From positions 432,226 to 452,225 of the forward strand of contig JBEUKZ010000080.1 in assembly GCA_048128005.1 (NCBI GenBank): a DNA stretch of 20,000 nucleotides, given 5' to 3'. The stretch is from Veleropilina oligotropha. Lineage: Eukaryota. Made by a program: the position numbers and the translations under genes. The notes below the pieces were generated by a model. It was not told the origin of the DNA. It was given only the letters and a program-made list of their open reading frames with translations, and did no database searches. Positions 11,432-18,861 of the stretch are shown one piece after another (position 1 is the stretch's first letter; the number at the start of each line of letters is the position of its first letter).

Positions 11432-11761
11432 ATGTCATACTCTCTATTGGAGACTGGTATATACGATGGTATACGCTTATACGCCATGTGGGGAACGAAT
11501 CTATGCCCTTGGTTGCCAGTTAATACCGTTGAGGTTTGTGGTCGTAGCTGCGTCAACGAATTTTGCAAGACACATAGACAGAAAATTCGGATGGGAAGAA
11601 CATCACCCCTGCCATGTAGGGTATGTGGTGTCGGTACGAAATCGGCCGTTCTGTTGTGTATACCATGTGGAGGTCATCGTGGCGCCCAGGCTCTCATAAA
11701 CACTGAAAAAAGAGCCCGCCGTCTCTACGGCAAAGTATTGTGTGAGTTGCGGTCGCGCTAA
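11432..11761 (+). CDS. Small Cys/His-rich zinc-finger protein (109 aa from first ATG)
   Basis: ATG at 11432. Contains C-x10-CGRSC-x4-C-x2-H followed by CRVC-x10-CIPC and a basic C-terminal helix. Lies directly upstream of, and co-oriented with, the large ORF. Confidence 0.7.
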   Translation: MSYSLLETGIYDGIRLYAMWGTNLCPWLPVNTVEVCGRSCVNEFCKTHRQKIRMGRTSPLPCRVCGVGTKSAVLLCIPCGGHRGAQALINTEKRARRLYGKVLCELRSR

Positions 11762-11803
11762 AAAGTTTCCATTTAGAGCTTGGTATCTCCATATCATGTC
11801 GAG

Positions 11804-14800
11804 ATGGAACGTGTCTCCCTCAGAGAACTGCGTAATCTAGCGAAAGATTATGGGCTTCCCGCTCGGTCGAAGCTCAAGAAGAACGACCTCATCAGGGCAA
11901 TAGCCGGGGTCCGTGCTGCGGAGTTTCGGAGCAGACTCGGGCGGGCGATGAAGACTGGAAGATTCCCCTCCGTTCGTGGAGATGTGGAGAACCCCCACAA
12001 AAGAGGCCGTCGTGCTCGCGAATTGCGGCAGCTTAAGGACGAAGTCGAGGGCGCCCTCAAGGTCCGTAAATATACCTCGAGGGCTGAGAAAAAGCCCGAG
12101 ATACGACAGAAGCCACTTCGTAACATCGCGGATCGAATCGTCAAGCCACACCTGCACGGTCTGACTAGGTCTCGGAAAGAGACCCTTGCGGGGGCTATTG
12201 CTCAGAAGGGGCCCGATATTCTGAGAGATCACTTAGCCTCGCTCTCCAAAACGCCCCGGACAGCCCAGGACTACCAGAAGGATCTTCTAGGGCTGTTTAC
12301 CACAACAGAGGGGCAACAGTTCATCGACCTGGATAACCAGGCCCCTCCCCCAGTAAGGCTCCCAGCAAAAGAGCCATGGGTGGAACTCTTGAACAATGCC
12401 AAAGACGAGTTTGAGGTCGATGGCGCCGCGGCGGCCTTCTCCACATGGAGGGTAGAAGTAGAGGGCGACGGTGCCCTGGATGCCCGCATGACAGATGCGA
12501 GGGCGGCACAGCTCCTCACAGTCCTTCCAAAAGGCGAGTTTGTCGTGAGAATAAAGTTCTTGCGAGAGTGGCATGAAGGCGACTGGGTGGTCGAAGACAA
12601 GTTTGACCCGGTGAAGGCTGCGAGAAAGAAGGGCCAGGGTATCTTTGAGATCTCTCAGGACACTAAGCCGGGTGCTATCACTGGGGTCGACAAGGTCTAC
12701 TACGAGAACGCCTACCCGGTCACTGCAGTCGTCTACGGCCTCTATCCTCTCAGAGAACCAAACCCCGCCAACTTGGTCCCAATGAAGAACGGCGACCTCA
12801 ACTGCGTTGCCCGAAGAGTGGTTGAGCACTTCGAAGGCGCCCTGAGAGGAAACGGACTCACCCCGACAAGGCGGCAGAAAATACAGGAGTGGGAAGAGCG
12901 AGTCCATGAAACGGGCGCCACTGTGGATGATATATCCATCCTCGAGAAGATACTGAAGCGGGCGATTGTCTTGAGAGACATTGCAGGTGCGGACATCTAC
13001 AACTCTGGTAAATACCGCGGTCAAGGAAACAATACATTCAGAAATGTAGAACTCATCTGCCACAACGGCCACGCATGGTCCAAAGACCTACACTTTCCGC
13101 AGTCTCGCGAGGTCCACCTGTATGAGGGCGATGTCTGGGAAGCTATTCGACAAGCCACACAGAATGAGCCATTGGCTGTCTGGCTCCTAGGCGGTAAAGA
13201 CCGACAGCTCGGCGTGGACCAGTTCGTGCTGCAAGACGGTCGCACGTACAGGACACAAGATGATCACGAGAGACTCCAGGAAGCCTGTACAGCGCTGGGG
13301 AATGAGTCCCTTGCCGAGAGAGCCTTTGGCGTGAACCATGCAGCTAGCATTATGGCCAAAGAGAAGAACGGCTGGAAACCCACCCCAGCGAGCCTGCTCG
13401 ATGACGTCCAGAAGGCCTGCGTGGAGCACGGTCATGGTGGCCTGTGGAATTCCATGAACTATGATACGGGCGATGTCTGCTGCATCGATATGAAAGCCTG
13501 CTACCCTGCTAGCTTTCTGGGGCAGGGCGAGGCCAAGCCGTATTTCGAAAGATTCGGACACCCAACCCACAGCATGACGCGGGTCGCAATTAATGGTCCT
13601 CTTCCCCGAGAAATCGGTACCGGGTTTGCCGAGGTCGTGGAATGGGAGTTCGCACAAGACATCCACCCCGTCATTGTAGCATGGTTCGGAAAGCACTTTG
13701 CAGAGAATGGATGGGCACCCACCCCGCTGCTCGCCTTCCTCGTAGACTCTGGACTGCTAAAAAGCCTCAAGATCCGAGAGGCCATCATCGCGTTCAAAAA
13801 CCAGACCGATGTCTGGCTTCCGGAGAATCGTGACCAGGGCTGCAGCATTATCGGCAAATTCACCCAAGGCGCCAAAGCCGATGGCAAAAGATTGACTCGT
13901 AGACTGGTGACCGACCAGGGTGAGCTCGACTTCCTCGTAAGAGACACCCGCCAAAGCGGCACCCTGGTTGGCGCTCCTCAGAGATGCCCCCTCGGTCACA
14001 TCCTCACGTACTATGATGGCTCCCAGCCTCAGTACGCCCACCTGAGGGCATCCATGTTGGCCTATGCACACATAAACCTCTTGAGCATGCTGAAGCGTTT
14101 CAGTGCAGCAGAAGCCGTCCGGGTAGCCACGGACAGCATCTACCTCAAGAAGGCCTCGTTGGAGAAGCTCGACGATGTCACGGTGTACGTTGCCCCCAGA
14201 CTCTGCGGCTGTGGCGAGAAATCGTGCATCTCATGTCTGATCGCGGAGCCGTACCTTCCGCCAGTAGCACCAGCCCAGTGGCGTGACAAGGGCGAACAGC
14301 TGTATATGCCACAGGAACATGCCGCATACCTACCCAAGCCAGAGTATTGTTGTGCCGCCAATTCCAGCCAGCCGAGCACCGCGCCATGCTACAATGACAC
14401 ACTGACCCACCATCGCCTGAGTTACCTCAACGGTGGAGGGGGCTGTGGCAAGACTACGAGAGCGATCGAGCTCTTTCGGGCAAGGAATCCCGTCGTGTTC
14501 ACACCAACCCACCGCCTCGCTAAAGAGATGCGGACCAGAGGCGTCAAAGCCCAGACCTACCACAGCTTCTTCCGATGGAGCGGCCAGAACGACTGGACGC
14601 CTGATCGCATGGGTCAGAAGTTCATCCCGCGCGTCATTATCTGGGACGAGGTCTGTACTGTTCCCCGGCACATCCTAGAGATGTTCTTGGACTGGCTGGG
14701 CCGCCACGAAGTGCAGGTTATCTGCTGTGGTGATCAAGGCCAGCCACCACCGATTACGGGCGAGATGCCGCACGATTGGCTGCGAAAGACCGCGGACTAC

Positions 14801-15703
14801 TATGAAGAGATCGAAGTAGACTACAGGGCGAAAGACGACCCTGCCCTCCAAGCCCTGAAAAGACGTATCCGTCTCCAGCCCGACAAAGTCCAGTGCGACG
14901 AGATGCGACGGACCCTCCCCAGCTGCCTCGGATGGGACAGGTTCGTCAACACCTGGAAGCCAGGCGACCTAATCCTCACAAGCCGTCAGAAGGTCCGCGA
15001 ACGGGCTCAAGAGCTGTTGCTCCAGAGGCACAAGGAGCACTTCCCAGACTCCATGGTGCCTATCCTGTACCACCCCAGGGACAGCAGAAAACAGAACATC
15101 ATGGTAACCATTCCGGGCACCAGCGACAGAGAGGAGCTAGTTCTGAACGACGTCGTCGAGGTCACCATTGAGGCCGCTGAGCGGGCTATCCTGACCCCGG
15201 ATTGGCGCCTGGGCTATGCTCTCACCATCCATTCGAGCCAGGGTCTTACGATTCACGACCCACAGAAAGTCTGGATCATCGACGACTACCTTCAGTGGAG
15301 TAATCTCGCCTACCTAGCCGTGTCCCGGGTGGAGCTGCTGCGTCAGCTCGAACGGGTAACCTGTCCACCGGATGAGGGTTCTGAGGACAGGCCCCGGCCC
15401 CAAACCGAGCAACAGCTCCGAAAGACCATCCAGAAAAAGCTTGTGGCGTACAAACGCCAGGACCAGGCAACGGGACTCCCGGGGTTTAACCTCAAGGTCG
15501 ACGACATCCTGTGGCTCAGAGAGGCCCAAAACAACCGCTGCGCAGCATGCAACATAGAGCTGCTCTGGGCATATTCCCCGAAGGACACACAGCAGTTCAG
15601 TGTCGACCGTGTGGACAACAGCAGGGGCCACACCCGCGACAACGTGCGCTTAACGTGTCTGGAATGTAACCGGAAACGAGGATTTGCGGTTGTTAACGCC
15701 TGA
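11804..15703 (+). CDS. Multidomain replication protein (1,299 aa): Rho_N-like/terminal-protein region + OTU-like protease + family-B polymerase core + SF1 helicase + HNH/His-Me finger
   Basis: N-terminal SLRELRNLAKDYGL-x2-RSKLKKNDLI (Rho_N/HeH-like). GDLNCV (Cys codon 12803) and CHNGHAW (His codon 13070), OTU-like. PolB motifs GHGG, DMKACYPAS (13487), R-x3-CSIIGKF (CSIIGKF at 13841), MLAYAH, VATDSIY (ATDS at 14126). SF1 motifs GGGGCGKT (14432), TPTH, IIWDE (14636), GDQGQPPP (14729), YR, YALTIHSSQGLT (15215), YLAVSR (15311). C-terminal CAAC..SVDRVDNSRGHTRDNVRLTCLECN. Confidence 0.92.
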   Translation: MERVSLRELRNLAKDYGLPARSKLKKNDLIRAIAGVRAAEFRSRLGRAMKTGRFPSVRGDVENPHKRGRRARELRQLKDEVEGALKVRKYTSRAEKKPEIRQKPLRNIADRIVKPHLHGLTRSRKETLAGAIAQKGPDILRDHLASLSKTPRTAQDYQKDLLGLFTTTEGQQFIDLDNQAPPPVRLPAKEPWVELLNNAKDEFEVDGAAAAFSTWRVEVEGDGALDARMTDARAAQLLTVLPKGEFVVRIKFLREWHEGDWVVEDKFDPVKAARKKGQGIFEISQDTKPGAITGVDKVYYENAYPVTAVVYGLYPLREPNPANLVPMKNGDLNCVARRVVEHFEGALRGNGLTPTRRQKIQEWEERVHETGATVDDISILEKILKRAIVLRDIAGADIYNSGKYRGQGNNTFRNVELICHNGHAWSKDLHFPQSREVHLYEGDVWEAIRQATQNEPLAVWLLGGKDRQLGVDQFVLQDGRTYRTQDDHERLQEACTALGNESLAERAFGVNHAASIMAKEKNGWKPTPASLLDDVQKACVEHGHGGLWNSMNYDTGDVCCIDMKACYPASFLGQGEAKPYFERFGHPTHSMTRVAINGPLPREIGTGFAEVVEWEFAQDIHPVIVAWFGKHFAENGWAPTPLLAFLVDSGLLKSLKIREAIIAFKNQTDVWLPENRDQGCSIIGKFTQGAKADGKRLTRRLVTDQGELDFLVRDTRQSGTLVGAPQRCPLGHILTYYDGSQPQYAHLRASMLAYAHINLLSMLKRFSAAEAVRVATDSIYLKKASLEKLDDVTVYVAPRLCGCGEKSCISCLIAEPYLPPVAPAQWRDKGEQLYMPQEHAAYLPKPEYCCAANSSQPSTAPCYNDTLTHHRLSYLNGGGGCGKTTRAIELFRARNPVVFTPTHRLAKEMRTRGVKAQTYHSFFRWSGQNDWTPDRMGQKFIPRVIIWDEVCTVPRHILEMFLDWLGRHEVQVICCGDQGQPPPITGEMPHDWLRKTADYYEEIEVDYRAKDDPALQALKRRIRLQPDKVQCDEMRRTLPSCLGWDRFVNTWKPGDLILTSRQKVRERAQELLLQRHKEHFPDSMVPILYHPRDSRKQNIMVTIPGTSDREELVLNDVVEVTIEAAERAILTPDWRLGYALTIHSSQGLTIHDPQKVWIIDDYLQWSNLAYLAVSRVELLRQLERVTCPPDEGSEDRPRPQTEQQLRKTIQKKLVAYKRQDQATGLPGFNLKVDDILWLREAQNNRCAACNIELLWAYSPKDTQQFSVDRVDNSRGHTRDNVRLTCLECNRKRGFAVVNA

Positions 15704-16691
15704 GAACCGGCGGGAGCTGGGTATCACGAGGCACCACGAGCAGTTCCTCACGAACGAAGCCACGCGGTGGTCCATCCAGCAAGTAGTAGAGCACAGGCTC
15801 GTCAGGCTTAGTGACGGAGCGTCCAAGCCTGTAAACTTTTAGAGACCACACCGGGTCAGTAGCACGGCGATGACCCCCCTCCAGCTCACCATCGTAGTAA
15901 AGGTAGCGAACATCTACGTCAGAGGGGAGTTTCTGTTCCTTCCCCTGTCGGCCTGGAACAGTGGCGCCTGGCTTTTGGGCAACGCGAGGTGCCTTGATGG
16001 CGTCCTTGGGCTTTTTACCGGTCAGCCTGGTCACTTCCCCATTCAAGGCCGCAACTACAGCTGCTAGCCTGGCGACCCACTCAGTTGACCTTTGACCCTC
16101 TTTCGCAGACTCTGCAAACCTCATCTCTGTTGCGTACTGGTGCCCGAAGAGCCGCTCAGCGAGCGTCCGGTTGAAGCGCTCCACAATGCCCTGATCGCGA
16201 TGGATATCCACACGGCCACGCCTAACCTCGACGTTATTCTTTGCCAGCAGCTGGGAAACCGCGCCCATAAACTCTCGCCCTGGGTCGACTTGAAGCAGTT
16301 TCGGCCAGCCAAGAGGACTCCGCCTGTAGATTCGGGCTAGTGCTTCAGCAACCCCTTTGGCCTCTTTTGTGACCAGAGGCTCAGCCTCTTTAAAGCGACT
16401 GGCCACATCAACCACAGTCAAAGCGTACTTATAGGTCTTGTGTCTGACCTTGTCATGGGGGAGAAACAGGAGGTCGGCTTGGTGAACCTCGTTTGGCGTT
16501 ACGACGTCGAATTTTGGTCTTGGAATCCGCCGTGGCGCAGGTAAATAGATCTGCCATATAGCCTGCCTCTTAAGCCATGTCCGGGCCTCCACTTCAGACG
16601 CCTTGGCAGCGTCAGCTAGTTTCTTTATCGCGGCAATGCCTTTCCAGTAGCCCTTAGGGCTGTAGTACATCCTCGCAAGCTTACTATCCAT
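15693..16691 (-). CDS. int: Retroviral-type (rve) DDE integrase, Polinton-type (332 aa from ATG)
   Basis: Catalytic triad HQADL (D codon 16475-16473), QVDPGREF (16286-16284) and IVERFNRTL (16181-16179), i.e. DD34E. YALTVVDVASRF motif. C-terminal WS-x3-Y...Y-x-L-x-D...F-x2-EEL segment typical of Polinton integrases. No chromodomain. Confidence 0.95.
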   Translation of the reverse strand: MDSKLARMYYSPKGYWKGIAAIKKLADAAKASEVEARTWLKRQAIWQIYLPAPRRIPRPKFDVVTPNEVHQADLLFLPHDKVRHKTYKYALTVVDVASRFKEAEPLVTKEAKGVAEALARIYRRSPLGWPKLLQVDPGREFMGAVSQLLAKNNVEVRRGRVDIHRDQGIVERFNRTLAERLFGHQYATEMRFAESAKEGQRSTEWVARLAAVVAALNGEVTRLTGKKPKDAIKAPRVAQKPGATVPGRQGKEQKLPSDVDVRYLYYDGELEGGHRRATDPVWSLKVYRLGRSVTKPDEPVLYYLLDGPPRGFVREELLVVPRDTQLPPVLRR

Positions 16692-16905
16692 CAGCAATGT
16701 ATTCCAGTAAACTGATCAGTCTCCAACAGGCTTCAGCTTCCGGAGCCGGTCGCTGCGCAGTCGTCGCCCGTAGGTTGGTCGGGCCCGAGAGCACCAGGAC
16801 CGCGAACCGCACCATAGTCTTTTCGTCGCGGCGCCAGCAGTCGAGTAACGTAGTACTATAGCCGACCGCAAACATAGCGCAGTACAGCTCTTCTGGGAGC
16901 CCCAT
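16684..16905 (-). CDS. Hypothetical 73-aa protein
   Basis: ATG at 16905 (MGLPEELY...) fills the gap between the 142-aa ORF and the integrase. Its stop overlaps the integrase start by 8 nt, consistent with viral gene packing. No recognisable motif. Confidence 0.5.
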   Translation of the reverse strand: MGLPEELYCAMFAVGYSTTLLDCWRRDEKTMVRFAVLVLSGPTNLRATTAQRPAPEAEACWRLISLLEYIADG

Positions 16906-16945
16906 TACTATACATGCCAACGAAAAAAATGTCCACTGGAAATAA

Positions 16946-17374
16946 TTAGGCGAGCTTGTAGGCGACCAACCCGGTCGCAGCCATCCCCAGGATGATGAAG
17001 GTGATCTCACGTCCCTTCTGGCCATCGCTCGGTGTGTAGTAGTCAGACAGGGCGGGCTCAGGGCCACCCCCCAGGTCGGGGTCAAGGTTCTTGCCGGTGA
17101 TCAATGCATACTCACGGATCGCGGCGTCAACATCCCGGAATGTGCCAACGGCATGACCCTGGCGGCGAAGTTCAACGTTCAGCCAGTCGAGACGCTCTGC
17201 CCTCTGTTGTGACCATTTAGTCTGAGCAGCGTTGAGCTGTTCTACAGCAATGTCGTGGCGTTTACGCTCCGCATCGACACCGGAGCTGCGTAGCTTCGAG
17301 AAGAGGAAGTTGGAGCCGCTGAAGGCGAGGGCGTTGACGAGAGCGCCCCCAACCAGCATCGCAATGGAAGCCAT
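16946..17374 (-). CDS. Putative membrane-associated virion protein (142 aa): hydrophobic N-terminus, coiled coil, C-terminal TM
   Basis: ATG at 17374. MASIAMLVGGALVNALAFSGSNFLF hydrophobic Gly/Ala-rich N-terminus, charged helical middle, C-terminal ITFIILGMAATGLVAYKL. Confidence 0.8.
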   Translation of the reverse strand: MASIAMLVGGALVNALAFSGSNFLFSKLRSSGVDAERKRHDIAVEQLNAAQTKWSQQRAERLDWLNVELRRQGHAVGTFRDVDAAIREYALITGKNLDPDLGGGPEPALSDYYTPSDGQKGREITFIILGMAATGLVAYKLA

Positions 17375-17405
17375 TGAAATGCTGCGATTATCTAGCAAGG
17401 TCCCA

Positions 17406-17645
17406 CTACTTCAATATATCGGCCGGAATGATTCCTTGCTTGATCAGCATGTCTTTCGTCGCCATGGCGAGCGCTACGTCGAGGACGACCATCCCGACAT
17501 CGTAGCCCGTGAAGTCCAGTTTGGGGCTCGCTCCCTTGAATACCATCTTTGTCAGGCGTGCGTAGCCTATGGCGAGGCCTGACACTATAGCGGCGTGGTA
17601 TACAGCGTTGCCGAGCATCTTTCCATCAGTGATTGGGGTAGTCAT
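17406..17645 (-). CDS. Small hydrophobic/amphipathic protein (79 aa)
   Basis: ATG start; fits exactly between neighbours on the same strand. Two hydrophobic helices (AVYHAAIVSGLAIGY; VGMVVLDVALAMA). Confidence 0.78.
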   Translation of the reverse strand: MTTPITDGKMLGNAVYHAAIVSGLAIGYARLTKMVFKGASPKLDFTGYDVGMVVLDVALAMATKDMLIKQGIIPADILK

Positions 17646-17670
17646 AACTGTTGATTAGTACCGTTTGCGA

Positions 17671-18162
17671 CTATTGCATATGAAAAGGGTTCTGCTTCTT
17701 CAATTCGATAGTGGGGGCGGCCCGAGAGCACCGAGCGTCCGCGTCTGGTGGCTGTTGATGTGGTGTGGATGGACCAGGGTTGCTGCGTTCTGAGGACGTC
17801 TTCCAGACAACAAATACCAACGCAACCGTACCGGCAGCGACGGCTACCTGGGTCCAATTAAATAGGTCCGATTTCCGTGTATCTGGCGCACGCGGTCTTT
17901 CTGCGGCTGGAACCGCCTCCCCGGGCTGTTCTGATGGAACGACAACACTTGTTGGGGCACTCAGGTCTTCTTTCATTTTTCGAACCGCGGCCAGTAGCTT
18001 CTCCTGCTTGGCTTTTCGAGCAGCAGCGCCGGCCCTCCCTGCAGCCACTTTTTTCGGGTCCTTTTTACTCACTGATGAGTCCGTCGAAGAAGTCACCCTC
18101 TCTATCGGCTGGCTCTCGATCGGCTGTCTCTCGATCACTTGGTCCACTTCCGGCGTTGTCAT
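17671..18162 (-). CDS. Hypothetical protein (~163 aa) with basic helix and single TM
   Basis: Likely ATG at 18162 (alternative 18192). Basic KKDPKKVAAGRAGAAARKAKQEKL segment, Pro-rich linker, TM VAVAAGTVALVFVVW. Confidence 0.75.
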   Translation of the reverse strand: MTTPEVDQVIERQPIESQPIERVTSSTDSSVSKKDPKKVAAGRAGAAARKAKQEKLLAAVRKMKEDLSAPTSVVVPSEQPGEAVPAAERPRAPDTRKSDLFNWTQVAVAAGTVALVFVVWKTSSERSNPGPSTPHQQPPDADARCSRAAPTIELKKQNPFHMQ

Positions 18163-18850
18163 CTTGATCTGGTATCTTAGGCGGGCAAACATGTCCAAAT
18201 TGGCAGTGCTTAGCCGTGGTCAACGCTGCGGTCAGCGGTGCGAGGTACATGCCATATTTATAATACAGCTCACAGCTTGCAGTGGTCAGGGCATGTGAGA
18301 TGAACGGGTCGGCCTCCAGGTCGGCGATCAATCGTAGCTGGTTTGCTGGTGGAATGGGCAGGAACATCCCAGCTGCCCCCGCGTAGAGATGAATAGCTGA
18401 AGTCCCCAGAGTCTTCGTCACATCGGCACCGAGTTTCGCTTCATACCTCGCGTGGTGCTTTTCGACCTCGTCGTCAGTCATGTCGTCTATCCGGTCCACT
18501 GTGAGGTTACGCCCCATGTATCGGTGGGCCTGTCCTCCAACGGCTAAGGCTGCAAGCCTCTCACGCTTTGCCGCGCAAACGGAACTTGCGACTCCACTGT
18601 TACTGACAGGTTCCTTGCCATCGGGAGTCAAGCGACAGCTGTTGATGGTCGTTTCTTGTTCGTCATCCATGAGTTGATCGATGAGGCTGTCCATCCTGAA
18701 GCGTTTCCAGCATCGCCTCACCGGTCTAATATAACTGTAAATCCAATACCACAATGTAGCGAGTAGGAGCAAGATCAGGCTCTGGCTGAAAGCAAAAGCT
18801 AGATATACAGCGTCCGACATGCGAGAGCTTGCTGGGCAGCTACTTAGCAT
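18065..18850 (-). CDS. Hypothetical protein (up to 261 aa) with N-terminal TM
   Basis: Long co-oriented ORF starting 12 nt after the ATPase stop. TM-like AVYLAFAFSQSLILLLLATLWYWIY, then a helical domain (..DLEADPFISHAL..YGMYLAPLTAALTTAKH). True start uncertain (several Met). Confidence 0.75.
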   Translation of the reverse strand: MLSSCPASSRMSDAVYLAFAFSQSLILLLLATLWYWIYSYIRPVRRCWKRFRMDSLIDQLMDDEQETTINSCRLTPDGKEPVSNSGVASSVCAAKRERLAALAVGGQAHRYMGRNLTVDRIDDMTDDEVEKHHARYEAKLGADVTKTLGTSAIHLYAGAAGMFLPIPPANQLRLIADLEADPFISHALTTASCELYYKYGMYLAPLTAALTTAKHCQFGHVCPPKIPDQDDNAGSGPSDRETADREPADREGDFFDGLISE

Positions 18851-18861
18851 CTGCTGGGTAG

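Noticed and set aside
14430..15330. Helitron Rep/helicase interpretation of the Pif1-like helicase
   Set aside because: No HUH/Y2 Rep motifs seen. The upstream domain has PolB motifs, and the neighbours are an integrase, packaging ATPase and probable capsid.
11837..15642. Many antisense and alternate-frame ORFs inside the 1,299-aa gene (e.g. 12287-13072 minus, 261 aa)
   Set aside because: Shadow ORFs expected in GC-rich coding DNA, with no motifs.
15693..16691. LTR retrotransposon or Ginger origin of the integrase
   Set aside because: No gag, RT, RNase H or LTRs nearby. The context and C-terminal motif are Polinton-type.
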